NCBI RefSeq assembly: GCF_009914755.1
Contig: NC_060929.1
From: the human T2T-CHM13v2.0 reference genome, Homo sapiens
DNA: 64,000 nt
Reading direction: 5' to 3' (one strand)
The position numbers were made by a program, and so were the translations under genes. Below the pieces are notes generated by a model. That model worked only from the letters and a program-made list of their open reading frames with translations, did no database searches and was not told the origin of the DNA. Positions 26,751 through 41,702 of this stretch are shown piece after piece. How positions within the stretch are numbered: position 1 is the stretch's first letter; the number at the start of each line of letters is the position of its first letter.

Positions 26751-27306
26751 ATTACCCAAATGAAGCATAACCTGGGGAAAGCATAACCTTGAGAACTAAA
26801 CAAATCGTATTTTAAGTAACATCTCAATAGGAAATTTTTTAAAACTTATTTAAGCAATTCTTTGAAAAGAATGGTAGAATGGGTAAACTTATTACTCTGG
26901 ACATGGTTTTTTTGTGCACATGACATTGAAATCATTAAAAGTTAGTCACTGTTTTTATTCTAGGAATCACGACTTTCAAATATTTCAATTATTTAGATAC
27001 CAGACTGCAAGTGTACTCAAAAGTAACTCTTGAAAACAGTGCCATTAAGCAATGACTCCTCATTCTGCACACTCACATTCCCTGGCAACTACTAACCTGT
27101 TTTGTATTCTCTATGGACTTACCTATTCTAGATATTTCATTAAAATAAAATACAATATGTGATCAAACAAGTAACTTTTGGAAAAAATGCATTTTTACTT
27201 TACTATGTTGGTTCTTTCCTTGGAATTAAGACCATTTATTTTTTATTTCAAAAACACTTTCTTTGGATGTATCATATTTTCATTTAAAGTTTTCTTTTTG
27301 GATGGA

Positions 27307-28074
27307 GAGGGAGGTGGAGCCATATGGCTAAATAGCAGCCTCCCAAAGGAACAACAAATTGAACAACTCTCCACACAAAAAAGCACCTTCATGCACCTTC
27401 ATAAGAACCAAAAATCAGCTTAGGTACCAGCTTAGCCACAGCAGGGTAAAGCACCAAAGGGGTTCTAGGGGTTCCTGATTCCAGGGCTTGGCTTTAGATG
27501 GTATTTCTGGACCTTCCCTGGCTTACAGGTGGGCCCACTGCCCCAAAATAGATTCCTAGGCCTGGCAGCATTCACCACAAGCTGATTGAAGAGCCCCTGG
27601 GCCTTGAATGAACATCAGCAGTAGCCAGACAGTACTTGTCGCAGGCCTGGGGCAGTGGTGGCCACAGGGAGAGACTCCTCTGCTTGTGGAAAGGAGAAGG
27701 AAGAGTGGGAAGGACTTTGTCTTGTGACTTGGGTGCCAGCTCGCCCACCGTAGAATAGAGTACCGGTAGATTCCTAAGATTTCTGACTCCAGGCCCTGGC
27801 TCCTGGACGTCATCTCTAGACCTGCCCAGGACTAGGAGGAACTAGTTGTCTTGAAGGGAAGGATACAAGCCTGGCTGGCTTTACCACCTGCTGATTATAG
27901 AGCCCTAGTGCCTTGAGCAAACATAGGCAGGAGCCAAGCAGTGGTTACTGCAGGCTTTGGGCAAGACCCAGTGCTATGCTGGCTTCAGGTCTGACCCTAT
28001 GCAGTCCCAGTGGTGGTGGCCACAGGGGTATTTGTGTTACCCCTCCCCCAGATCCAGGAAACAGAGACACACAC

Positions 28075-28114
<40 letters not shown>

Positions 28115-31100
28115 TGAGACTGAATCTGTTTGTTTGGGAGAAAGTAAGAGAAGAGAAAAAAGAGTCTCTGCCTGGTAATCCAGAGAATGACTCTGGATAT
28201 TATCCAAGACTACTAAGGTGGTACCTCTGCAAGAGCCACAGTGTTACTGGGCTTGGAGTGCTCCCTAATGCAGATATTCCTGCAGTGACCCAAAACTCAG
28301 ACCACAACACCCAAGTTTCTTCAAGCATCTGGAAAGCCTCACCAAGAAGGACAGGTACAAACAAGCCCAGACTGCAAGGCTACAATAAATACCCAACTCT
28401 TCAATGCCCAGACAACAACGAACATCCACAAGCATAAAGCCTATCCAGGAAAACATGACATCACCAAACAAACTAAATAAGGCATCAGTGACCAGTCCTG
28501 GAGAGACAGAGATATGTGACCTTTTAGACAGAGGAAACTCAATGGAATTCAAGATAACACACAGAAGGAATTCAGAATCCTATCAGATAAATTCAACAAA
28601 GAGATTAAAATAATTTAAAAGAATCAAGCGGAAATTCTGGAGTTAAAACACGCAACTGACATACTGAAAAATGTCTCAGAGTCTCTTAACAGCACAAAAC
28701 AATCAAGCAGAAGAAAGAACTGTGAGCTTGAAGACAGCCTACTTGAAAATACAAAGAGAAGACAAAAGAAAAAATAATAAAAAAGAAAGAGGCATTCCTA
28801 GAAGACTTAGAAAATAGTCTCAAAAGGGCAAATCTAAGAGTTATTGACCTTAAAAAAAAGTTAGAAAGAGAGATGGGGGTAGAAAATTTATTCAAAGGGA
28901 AAATAACAGAGACCTTCCTAAACCTAGAGAAATATAACAATATTCAAGTATAATAAGGTTATAGAACACCAAGCAGATATAACCCAAAGAAGACTAGCTC
29001 AAGGCATTCAATACTCAAACTCACAAAGGTCAAAGATAAGAAAGAATCTGAAAAGCGGCAAGAAAAAATAAAGAAAAAACATACACTGGAGTTCCAATAT
29101 ATCTGGCAGCAGACTTCTCAGTGGAAACCTTATAGGGCAGGAGACATATTCACAGTGCTAAAGGGAAAAAAACTTTTATCTCAGGCTAGTATATCCTGTA
29201 AAAATATTCTCCAAACATGGAGAAATCAAGACTTTCCCAAACAAACAAAAGCTGAGGGATGTCATCAACACCAGACCTATCCTGTAAGAAATGCTAAAGA
29301 ATTCTCTTCAATCTGAAAGAAAAGCATATTAATGAGCAATAAGAAATCATCTGGAGGAACAAAGCTCACTAGCATTAGTAAATACACAGAAAAACACAGA
29401 ATATTATAACACTGTTATTATAGTATGTAAACAACTCATATCTTAAATAGAAAGAATAAAAGATAAACTGATCAAAAATAATAACTACAACTATTTTTTG
29501 AAATACAGACAATACAATAAGATATAAAGACAACAGAAAGTTTTAAAGGGGGGGACAAAGTTAAAATGTAGAGTTTTTATTGGTTTTCCCTTTGCTTGTT
29601 AGTTTGTTTATGCAATCAGTGTTAAGTTGTTATCAGTTTAAAATAATGAGTTACAATATATTATTTACAAGCCTCCTGGTAATCGCAAATCAAAAAATAT
29701 ACAACAGGTTCTCAAAAAATAAAAAGCAAAAAATTAAAACACGCCACCAGAGAAAATCACTTTTACTAAAAGGAAGACAGGAAGGACAAAAACCATATGA
29801 CCATTTCAACAGATGCTGAATAAGCATTTGATAAAATTCAACATCCCTTCATGATAAAAATCCTAAAAAATTGGGTATAAAAGGAAATACCTCAACACAA
29901 TAAAAGTCATATATAACAGACTCACAGCTGGTATCATACTGAATAGGGTATAACTGAAGACTCTTCTTCCAAGAGGTGGGACAAGATAAGGATGCCCACT
30001 TTCACCACTAGTATTCAATATATTAATAGTACTGGAAGTCCTTGCTAGAACAATCAGACCAAAGAAAGAAATTTGAAAGGAAGAAGGCAAATTATCCCAT
30101 TTGCAGAAAATATGATCTTAAATTTGGAAAAACCTGAAGATTCCACCAAAACACTATTAGAACTGATAAATAAATTCAGCAAAGTTGTAGGATACAAAAC
30201 AAACATACAAAAATTAGTAGCATTTCTACATGCCAACAGTGAACAATCTGAAAAAGAAATGGAGAAAGTAATCCCATTTGCAATAGGTACAAATAAAATT
30301 AAGTACCTAGGGTTAACTAAACCAAAAAAGTCTACAATGATCTATCAACTATCAAATACTAATGGAAAAAAAGAGAACACAAAAAAATGGAAAGATATTC
30401 CACATTCATGAATTGGAAGGATCAATATTGTTAAAACGTTCATACTACCCAAAGCAATCTACAGATTCAATGTAGTCCCTATAAAAATACCAAGGACATT
30501 CTTCCCAGAAATAGAAAAAAAATCCTAAAATTTATATGAAACTATAAAAGACTCAAAATAGCCAAAGGTATCCCGAGCAAAAAGAACAAAACTGGAATAC
30601 CAGTTTTGAACCCAGAAATGAATCCATACATCTACAGCGAACTCATTTTCAACAAAGGCGCCAAGTATATACTTTGGGAAAAGACAGTCTCCTTAATAAA
30701 TGGTGCTGGGAAAACTGGATATCCACATGCAGAAGAAGGAAACTAGACTTCTATCTTTTGCCATATACAAAAATCAAGTCAAAATGGATGAAAGACTTAA
30801 GTCTAAGACTCTGAACTATGAAACTACTAAAAGAAAACATTGAAGAAAGTCTCTAGAACATTGGACTGGGTAACAATTTCTTAAGTAATACCCTACAAGC
30901 ATAGGCAACCAAAGCAAAAATGGACAAATGGGACAAATAGGATCACATCAAATTAAAAAGCTTCTGCACAGCAAAGGAACAATTGACAAAGTGAAGAGAC
31001 AACCCACATAATGGGAGGAAATATTTGCAAACTATCCATCTGACAAGGGATTAATAATCAGAATATATAAGAAGCTCAAACAACTCTACAGGAAAAAATT

Positions 31101-32090
31101 AATCTGATTTAAAAATAGGCAAAACATCTGAACACACATTTCTCAAAAGAAGACATAAAAATGGTAAACAAGTATATGAAAAGGTGCTCAACATCATTGA
31201 TCGTCAGAGAAATGCAAATCAAAACTATTGTGAGATGTCATCTCACTCCAGCTAAAATGGCTTTTATGCAAAAGACAAATAATAAGAAATGCTGGTGAGG
31301 ATGTAAAGAAAAGGGAACCCTGGTACACTTTTGATGGGAATGTAAATTAGTACAACCACTATGGAGAACAGTTTGAAGACTCCTCAAAAGACTAAAAATA
31401 GAGCTACCATATGATCTAGCAATCCCACTGCTAAGTACATACCCAAAAGAAAGAAAGTCAAAATATCAAAGAGTTATCTATACTCCCATGTTTATTGCAG
31501 CACTATTAACAATAGCCAGGATTTGGAAGCAATCTAAATTTCTATCAACAGGCGAATAGATAAAGAAAATATGGTGCATATATATAATGTAGTACTATTT
31601 AGCCATAAAAAAGAATGAGGTCCTGTCATCTGCAACAATACGGATGGAAGTGGAGATAATTATGTTAGGTGAAATAAGTTACTCACAGAAACACAAACTT
31701 CACATGTTCTCCCTTTTTGTGGGAGCTAAAAATTAAAACAAACGAAGGAGATAGAGAGCAGAAGACAGTTTCCGGAGGTTAGGTAGGGTAGCGTGGAGGG
31801 AAGGGTGGGATACTTAGCGGGTATAAAAAAATGTAATTAGATAGAATCAATAAGAGCTAATATTTGATAGTACAACAGGGTGACTATAGTTAACAATTTA
31901 TTGTATGTTTTTTAAGCAATTATAGGGTAAAATTGGATTGTTTGTAACATAAAAAAAGGATAAATGCTTGAGGTGATGCATACCCATTTACCATGATGTG
32001 ATTATTATGCATTGTATGTCTGTATGTATTCCACAAATATATACACCTACTATGTATGCACCAAAATTAAAAATTAAAAAAAGTAAAAAA
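27307..32090 (+). mobile_element. End-to-end but internally deleted old L1 (L1MA1/L1MA2-like): 5'UTR, degraded ORF1, 3' part of ORF2, 3'UTR
   Basis: Starts with 'ggagccatatggc'. ORF1 remnants lie at ~28450-29330. The sequence jumps from the inter-ORF region into mid-ORF2 at ~29781. RT-region remnant ORF at 30073-30411. L1MA-type 3' end 'atacacctactatgtatgcaccaaaattaaaaatt'. Degenerate TSD aaagtt(T-rich)g(g/a)atgga at 27286-27306 and 32090-32119. Confidence 0.88.
28066..28118. repeat. Compound (CA)n(GA)n(GACA)n microsatellite inside the L1 5'UTR
   Basis: Directly visible in the sequence. Confidence 0.9.
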
Positions 32091-34849
32091 AAGTTGTTTT
32101 TTTTTTTTTTTTGAATGGATAGCTTCTGTATAAGGGATAGGAAAGCAGACTTAACTATTTAACCTGACCTTGTATATTAATTTGTGCTCTTTTGGGGAGA
32201 AACACAGCCTATTCATTCCAGGCATGCAGTGAATGCTAAAAAAATATCCACAAACAACATAGAACAGTGATTTTCAGAAGAAGGGATCTAGTGTGTTCTC
32301 TGTGTTCTTAAAGACAGTGCTTTGTCTGATATTTTTGCAAAAAAGTTGAGTCTTAAGTATGGTGCTTGGCAAAAGTTGCTTTATGGAAAATGGAAGGCAA
32401 ATAAGCAAAAAGAGATCATGCCAAAATACTCCCTGTTTTCAGGGCAGATTGTTATTCCATATGGGGAAAGAATATGAAAAAGTTCTCCCACCCAAGACCA
32501 TGAAATTTAAGCCTTCATTCAGTTGACAGTCTTCAGTGAGTCAGATTCCTGCAGGATTTAAGTTACTCCCTGGCTGACTCTCAGGCATCTCTGCAGATAG
32601 TTAACCTTTTTCTTGTTATCTTACAGCAACTATAAATTCTTATTAGAGTGATAAAAAGCAATAACAATTTAAAACATAAGCTATTTTTAAAATAACAATC
32701 TTGCAAATAGGTAGTACCTTAAGCAAAGATGTTTTAATACCTTTTTAGGCCTCACTACTTATATCTAACATATTAACATGGACCCACTTTCCACAACGTA
32801 GATTATTTTTGCTATCAACAGTCTGGGAAGGGTCTTTATAATTTTGCTTTTGAAATTATGTGGCTACTATTAAACTCATTTAACCAATGACTGGCCTTGA
32901 TTTTCTTTGCAATCATCCAGCATACTTGGAGATACTTGTAAAATAAAAAACTCAGCACATAAGTTTTTTTAATTTAGTAAAATGTTAAGAATACTCATTT
33001 GACAATTATTGAAGTCGACATAATCTTATGCTTTGAACATTTAATTAAATGTTAGTCCTCATTTTGCAGTTTTCTGTTTGTATTCAATTACTTCATTTTC
33101 CAGGTCTCAAATGGTTTCATAGCCCCATGAGACGCTCATAGGCTGTAGCCCCTGAGGACTGTAGTGCCTGGTATGGACCACAGAACCCTGGAGGTGGGAT
33201 CTGGAAAGAAAGGGAATTCTGGTAAGAAGTGATTCATGCAAGGAGATGTATTTAGCATTTCCAGATAGTGCCCTATTTCCTGTAGTACCTTGATAATTAT
33301 GAGTTACCTTCCCTTGCTAATGAGATGAAGTAAGTCATCAAGCATTTATTGTTACAAGGGTTTTATTCATGATCCAGCTCATACTTAGTATCATAGATGA
33401 TTTTTAGAAAGCATAAATTGTGGTTGCCAGCTTTGAGGACCTAAAATTTAGCTGGGAAGAAGAATACAATTCTCCTTAATGTTTTCTCTGGAATAACTGA
33501 ACACATGAGATTGCAAGATGATGAGTCCAAGGTTTGGATATATGAATGACCAAACTAAAGCAATAATATGGCTTTCTTAAAAAATACAGTTATTTAAATG
33601 ATTCTAGTTGTGTTAAATCATTCTTTTAAATACCTGGTGAGTGGCTTAGGAACTAAGATAGAGTCTGAGAAGAATAGCATTGCTGGTGGCCCCACCAGGA
33701 TGAGAGTCATTATTATGATCCAACAAAATAGGAGGATCATTAATTTTTCACTCATTCCCAGAGATGTAGTTTTGAACAGGGTTAGGTTCTTATTTCAATT
33801 AGAGAAACTAGAACCATGAAAAGAAGATTTCAGCCCTAAGGAAAACAGATATATCAGAGTTTAAAACTCCGATTCCCATTCTGCTCAATTGCTCAGTGGA
33901 TATGGTCATTATTTTTGTTCTTTGAAATGGACTTTGTTTTTTAAGATTATGTAGAATGTATTGTTTGGCAAAAAGCACAGGATATTCAAACAGAGGCCCA
34001 ATAACCAAATGCATTTTTTCTCCATTGCGTTCTTACCTAAATAGGAACTATAATAATAACAAGGCCTCAGTAATGCAGAGTTCTTGCCCTTCTGTAAGTG
34101 GGCAGGGTGCGTGTGCAGGTAGGTAGGCCATTAGGTCAAATTTCAATGTCTGAGATACTCTCCTGACCCCATGGGAGTCACATACCACTGAAGGCAAAAT
34201 CTGGCTGCAGGGTCACCTGTGTTGCATTGGAGGACTGTGAGTCATCTCTTCATACTCAGCTCTGCAACAGTATGAAAAGGTCACCACGACCACGCTCACC
34301 TATTCTGGTGAATTAAACGTATAAGCAGCCTGCTCCCAACTCCTTGGAGATCATTTCTGAGAACATTTGTCTTCTCAACCTGTTGCTGGGCATGACTGGA
34401 AGCAGAATAAATGACTACAGAATGTTTAGTTTACCCAGATAAACTGCTTGGCAGTCTTTGGATTATGTAAAATTAATTGTGGAAACTTAATGTTGACCAG
34501 TGATCATAGTATGCGGACAGACCTACTTAGAAACTGTTTTGTGTGTGTGTCAGCCAGTGTTACTAAGAATCATTTAAGGGAATGAAGAGTAAAACTCTTT
34601 TATGTAAGGCATTAGTTTAGCAGGGCCACTGCATCTCTGTGTGAGCTGTCCATTGCCCAACTCTAGGGAGTACCATTTTTACAAACCACAGCATGAATTG
34701 TGCTTTCAGAATTGTGCAAAATGGTGGCCCTGTCTTTCTGCATCTCAAATGGTGACATAATGTAACTATATTTTCCATCTTTAAATAGATCCTGAAAGCT
34801 CAAGTTGAAGCACTGAGGCTGACACTCTGGGCTACACAGAGAAAGCAGT

Positions 34850-35065
34850 GTCAGATGGTGGTGAGGAACACCTTGTAGGCAGACCGCCAAGGTATAAGTC
34901 CCAACCTGGCCCTTACTCCAGCCAAATTGCTTTAGTTTTCTATGCCTCAGTCTCCTCAATTGTAAAATGAGTGAAATCAGAGTGGCTGGGAGAATTACAT
35001 TAAATAGTGCAGGTAAAATACTTGAAAGAACAATGCACGCAGTCACGGACTCAATAGATGTTAAC
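34850..35065 (+). mobile_element. MIR
   Basis: Contains 'gcctcagtctcctcaattgtaaaatg...actcaatagatgttaac'. Confidence 0.7.
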
Positions 35066-37919
35066 TCTTAAGACTGTCTCTCTTTTGTTCAATCATTAGG
35101 ATTCTGGAATGAATAAAACATTATCACAGCTGTTTTACTATGATTCTGCTTTAGGAATATTTGTGGCTGTAGAGGAAACATTTTCTGTGTGCCTTTATGA
35201 AAGCTAATAACTAGGAACAGTTTAATAGAATGCTCTTAGAGAAAATGAAAAATAGAATTTTGTGACAGCCATTAAGAGTTTAAAAGAGACTGTGGTAAGG
35301 ATTGTCTCTTCTGGATGCTTTCAAATGTAATTATTGGTGAAGGCTAATAGAAATCCATGGAGTTTCAGATACTGATAGAAAATGATAGGCATTTCAAAAA
35401 TAAACATTAAGCAAAGGCTACAAAATTAACATTATACCTCCCCATTTATCTTTTTTTCTCTCAGGTGGCACAAAAGCTTGACAAAGCGTCCATGAACCAT
35501 TTGAAGATTTTTGTTGGGATAATCAGATATCTATAAATGCCATTGTTTAAGAAAGCTAACCAAATAACGTTTTACTATTGACTAATAAACTTTTCTAATA
35601 ATCTTCAATTTTATTTTAATAAAATATTAGATGTAGTTCAGTTTCTCAACTCTGGAATAGTGACCCAGGAAAAATATGAGGGAAACTTGAAGTCTATGGA
35701 AGTTGTATTTGGTGTTAACTGAGGCCTTTGTGTCAGCCCAGCACAAACTGTAAAGTCAAAAGTGTGACTTTCTCTTTCTGGTCTTGACAGGCTTTTGTTT
35801 TGATAGACTTGTCCTCATCTTTAACCTCCTACTGTTCTTCTAGGTTATCCAGGTAGCTCTTCAGGTGCCCAGGTTGCCTGTTGCCTCTGCTAGCCTGCCT
35901 AGTTCGTAACATCAGGCAGAGATGAGGCAGGAACTTCGGCCCTCAGGCTTGATTAGTGGTTATAAGGCCAAGGATCATAGGAAAAAGGTATCACCTTCAG
36001 ATTACCTTCCCTGTGTATTCTGTTTTTGTAGTTTTCATCAGAGAGTAAGCAACCGTCATGTGAATATCGTGTCTTTAATGATCTGTTAAAATGGCGGCTC
36101 TCAGAGAAAGTGCTCTCCATTCTCCTCCTCCTACCTCAGGCCCCCTCAGAAATCAGGCTGGTGGTGTTAGGGAGTGAAGTAGGCTAAGTGTAAGAAAAAA
36201 AAAACAAAAAAAAAAACAGCTTTGGAATGCTGATGGACAGCAACTCATATTTGTCCTCAGTGTCAGGATAATAAGGACTCATGGGGGTGGGAAATATTGT
36301 AAATACAAACCTTGAAAGGAGGTAGCTGCTATTCAGAGAGCCAACATAGCCAACGTTTCTCAATTGTACAGAGAAATGTGAAGTTATATGTGAGATCTTT
36401 CCACTTTCAATCGTGATGCTAATTCAAAATGAAAAAAAAAAATCTGACTGGCCTAACAAAACAAGTTTGGGGTCGGGGTGGTTACTAGGTTTCCTTTTAG
36501 CCATTGTTTGGGACATACTGATGTACTGCTTTATTAATCTCCAAGAAACTCATTTATGTTGAGTGGCTAATGCATCAGTAGGGTAATATTTACTTTATAT
36601 TTTAATATTTTATAAGTTAATAGATATAATAAATAATAGTAACCATACAGTGGGATTAGTTTCCAATGGTAAACATTTCAGGCCTTCAGGCCTTCAGGAG
36701 GAATTTTGAATTGTGATGAAATGGCAAGTGCCTATTCCATCCAGGCATAAAACCAATCCTAGCCAATTTATTTAAAAAAAAATCCTGCATTGTTACTCTT
36801 TAGCTAATGATTAACTAAAGTCTGAGTGACTAGTAGAATGAGTAATTTTGTTACATAAGCCAGAGAAGGTGGAAGGAAACTAACATTTATTCAATACCTA
36901 CTGTCCACTGGGTACTTCATCTATATATTCTCTTCTAATCTTCAAAACAACACTGTAAGGTAGTTGTTACAAATAAGGAATAATTACAACTTATTCCTTA
37001 TTTTGCAGCTGTAAGTTGATGTTTAGAGAGGTCACATCCAAGTCTCTTGGACCATGCTTCTTCATTATACAAGGAATATTGATGTTGCCAAATATTAATT
37101 CAGGAGCTGGTACAGTTAGAAATTAGTAACACACACACACACACACACACGCGTGCATGCACGTAAAAAGCAAGGTTAAACTCGCAAGGTTAGGCAAGGT
37201 TAGCTGCCATATGATAGCTTAAAGGGAAGAATTCTGTGCTGATAAATGGAGTATTTTTCTCCTTAACTGAGTCATCCTGTGTCATTGTTAGGCACTGTAG
37301 ACAGTACATAAGTTAACTGAGATCTGATACTTCCTTTTATCCCTTAAAAATCCAACACAGGGCTCACTGTAATTAGGTATAAATAGGTGACTTAACCCTT
37401 CAGATCTTTCTGGAGGAGAGATAAGTGTCTTATGAGATTGAAATAGGAGGGATCAACAAAGATTGCAGAAGAATTAAGGGCTAGCAAAATCTGTCATGAT
37501 TCCAAAAGGATCAAGTTGAAAGTGAAACTAGTTCACACATTTTCACGACAGCTTCAGAGTTAACATCCTATAAAGGAATCTATCAACATTGTGACATTTG
37601 TTTAGGCTTCTATAAGTGAGAAAATGTGTCCTTCCATGCAATACTAAATGTAATTATCATGTTATCTATTTAATCCAACTTCACATAAATCCCAATGATT
37701 AAATCTACTATCTATTTAGAATATTATCACATACTTAGGAAGATATATCAATAAATACTTACGGGTCCTTGTGGTAAATAAATACTAATGTATAGATGAG
37801 GTTATACTTGCCTTAGAGAGTTTACAACAAAAAGAGGGACGGGTAGTGAAAGACATAATGTCCATGAAAACCACCACATTATTGCTTTATTTGCTTCACA
37901 GGCCTCATATGTGAATTTT

Positions 37920-38075
37920 TTTTTAAACTATAGATTCTTACCTACTAAAGTAAAGTTTCAGTGAGTGCAAAATTTGCCTGGCTTCTATCCTCCTATGTCC
38001 CCAGTACCTAGAACAGTGCCTGAACTTAGGAAGCACTCAAGAAATATTGGGCAAATGAATGAATGAATGAATGAC
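37920..38075 (+). mobile_element. L2 3' end
   Basis: Contains 'ccccagtacctagaacagtgcctg...cactcaagaaatattg' followed by an (aatg)n tail. Confidence 0.8.
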
Positions 38076-38464
38076 ACAGATCATGAATGTTATAATGAGA
38101 AAGCAGAGAAAAAAAATTATCTGGGCTGGATAGTCAGAGAATGTTTCCAGGAGAGGGGATCCCAAATATGGACTTTTAAAGCTGATAAAGGAAGGCAATT
38201 TCCTTGAGAAGAATGGCATAGACACAAAGGCTAGGTAAGGGCAAAGAGACACCTGGAGTAATGTGGATTTACTGTTATTCTATCAGTAAATCTTGATGAA
38301 AAGACTTGAGGCCATGTAAAGAAGAACTCTCTAATAAAAATGGAATGGGTTCCCTTGGGGTTGGTAGGAGAGGTGATTTCTGTGAGGGGAGGTACTGGAG
38401 CTTGGGGTAGAAGAACACAACAAAAATATGATAGCAGGCAGCCAACCCCAAGGCACAAGTGAAA

Positions 38465-38766
38465 CTTTTTTTTTTTTTTTTTTTTTGAGACAGAGTGTCA
38501 CTCTGTTGTCTAGGTTGGAGTGCAGTGGGATGATCTCACTCACTGCAGCCTCTGTCTCCTGGGTGCAAGTGATTCTCATGTCTCAGCCTGCCAAGTGGCT
38601 GGGATTACAGGTATGCACCACCACACCAGGCTAATTTTTGTATTTTTAGTAGAGATGGGGTTTCACCATATTGACCAGGCTGGTCCTGAACTCCTGGCCT
38701 CAAGTGATCCACCCATTTCAGTCTCCCAAAGTGCTGGAATTACGGTGTGAGCCACCGTGCCTGGCC
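38465..38766 (-). mobile_element. Alu (J/S type)
   Basis: Full dimer on the minus strand. TSD acaagtgaaactttt / ataagtgtaactttt. Confidence 0.95.
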
Positions 38767-39419
38767 ATAAGTGTAACTTTTAAAGTTTCCTCTCACCTTG
38801 GGATTCCAGGCCTCTCTTTTGGCCTGGTTGCTGAAACAATTTAGGAGAATTTCTGAAAATTTTCAAAGTATTCATAAATGGAACTTTGCTTTCCTCCTCC
38901 TAAATCAAGACAAAGCTCACACTGACCACAGATTATCTTAAATTTGGTGAAAACATATTTCAGTTGGTGGAAACACAATTGTTTTGCAAGTTAGCTCCAG
39001 AAGTGGTAATTGAAAGTGACATTTAAGAAACATTTTCTATGGATCTCAGAAGATGATTACTCATTTTGTTTTGAAGGTTTATGATATGCTAAAGTGTTTT
39101 TAAAGCACATTATAATTAAACAACTTGTAAAAAAAATTTAAATTTCCCCCTATGGAAGCTCCTATTTCAAATGTAGTCTAGAGAGAATTTCAAGTAAACA
39201 TGTAACTGCCCATCTGATTTTGTGATAATTTGCTTTATACTTTTTAATATCATCTTTGATGTTACATATTCAGATGTTTAAATACCAATACAAAAACAAT
39301 AATAATTTTGTTTAAATTTTCCAAACACACAAAACAAAGAGAAGCATTCATTCAAAATACTTGTATACACATGCAAACAAAATTAACTTTGTGTTTATGA
39401 CTCACATAAGGGAAGTTAT

Positions 39420-39884
39420 TGGTGCCCATAGCCTCTGAATACCCGCCTCTCAAAGCTTATTATTACAAAGACCAGTAGCTCCTTGCCTGAAGGTTTTTAA
39501 TTCCTGTGAGTCTTGGCAAGGGCTATTTTCTGGCTGCAGTTACATGCCTGGCCTGAGCATAAATAACCTGGGAGTGGTGGATTGTTAATGACCCCCGGAA
39601 GCAGGTGATGGATGAAGAGTTGGTGAAAAGCACCCCAGCTTCCTCATCTCACAGTTGGGATAACTCTGGGGTCTGTTCCACACTGTCTTCCAGAACCCAA
39701 CAATGGGGACTGAGCTCCTGTTTCCCTCTGTGGGAACGGACTTGATGATGTGTATTTTTTCAGAGATCCTTCCATTTCCTGTCTCACTTCCCTACTCCTT
39801 TACTTATGTTTCTTGAATTTCCTAAATAAACAACTAATATTCCTTATATTGGGGTCTACTGCTGCAGGAGCCTAAACCAATACA
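39420..39884 (+). mobile_element. LTR16-like (ERVL) solo LTR
   Basis: Contains 'cccagcttcctc...gggataactctg...ttcctgtctcacttccctactc...aaataaacaact...aaccaataca'. The 5' boundary is approximate. Confidence 0.65.
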
Positions 39885-40179
39885 TGTCTCTTCCATTATT
39901 TTGTGACACCAAAGAAGATTTTGATTAGGCCTAGAAAATATACATGAAAGCTGATCAAAATGAGAGGAATGATTAGGTTTGTTTGTCTGTTTTTGGTAAA
40001 TATGGAAACAATGCCATTTCATTTTAGTAAATTGCCAAGTTTTCTCAAGTCCCTCCTATCTTTCTCCATATACTTGCTCTTCTGTCATTTGCCTTTTTTC
40101 ATCTCTGGCATACATACAACCTGAAATAAAATGCCATGGGGTAGATTAACGAGAAACACTGGAATAAAAAAAAATGCTC

Positions 40180-40498
<319 letters not shown>

Positions 40499-40932
40499 TC
40501 ACGTGAATCACATGCTTATTAAATGAATGAAAAATACACTTTATTATTTCATGTGTGTATTAAGAGGTCATATGGATAGATCAGATGTTGGCAAATGAAT
40601 GTGTTATTTCTAGAAGAAATAGAAATGTTTCCTTATTTGCCAGGGCCTAAATCAGTGTTTCTTTGAAATGAGTATATTTTCTGACAGTATACTTCATGCA
40701 GACACTCCCACACACTCCCCATACATGTGTGTGTGTACCTGACTTATATCACTTAATAATATGAACAGACTGAAGATAATGTCAATTAATCAATAATAAA
40801 TCCTAAATTCCGAGTTAATGTCTGTGCTGTTTTGAACAAGGTTTGACCGTCTTAAATAAAAAGATTTTTGTGTTTGTTTGTTTTTCACAAGGTTTGAATG
40901 TCTTAAATAAAAAGCATCTAGGAGCTATAGGG

Positions 40933-41702
40933 TGTAGAGAAAACTCTCCCTGATGGCATTTTTCCTCTACTCTCACACCACAAAAATCATCAACACAGAT
41001 GAAGCCTTCTACGAACAAACATGTGAGGTTTCCCCCCCACACCAAGCAGCCGACACTAGCTGGGTGTCCTGTAATTCAGTTCCAACGCTGTCTACCTGGA
41101 GATAATGTCAGATCCCACCGGTTGAAGGTTCAGTTCCCAAGACTGCCCCCCACCACACCAGTCACAAGTGTGGGCCTCTGGAGCTTCTAACCGGCCACCT
41201 CCAAGTTGGCATACTCATAATCCTCTCTTTGGGTTCAATTAATTTGCTGGAGTGGCTCACAGAACCCAGGGGAACACTTACTTATGTTTGCTAGTTTATT
41301 ATAAAGGATATTGCAAATGTTACCGATTAAGAGATGCATATAGGGTGAGGTATGGGGGAAGGGGTGTGGAGCTTCCATGCCTTACCTGGCTGTGCCAACC
41401 TCCATGAAAGTCCAAGTGTTCAGCTATGTGGAAGCTCACTGAACCCTGTCCTTCTGGGATTTTATGGAGGCTTCATGACATCAGCATTCCTTCCCCCAGG
41501 GTATAGGGCAGTACTCTCTCTGGGGAAGGTCTTAAAAGCCACAATCAGAAAGGCAGGAACAGGTGAAAGGAGAGAAGGAGAAGGTCAGGGGCCTGCCCCT
41601 GAGGCCTAACACACCCAACATTATAACAAAAGACTGTAACAAGGGCTGTGGGAGTTATGAGCTAGACCTCAGATGAAAACTAATATATATCATAACACCA
41701 CA
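40933..41702 (-). mobile_element. MER21-like solo LTR
   Basis: The minus strand starts TGTGGTGTTATGATATATATT. Contains 'agctgggtgtcct...cccaagactgcccc' and 'attaatttgctggagtggctcacagaac'. Confidence 0.8.
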
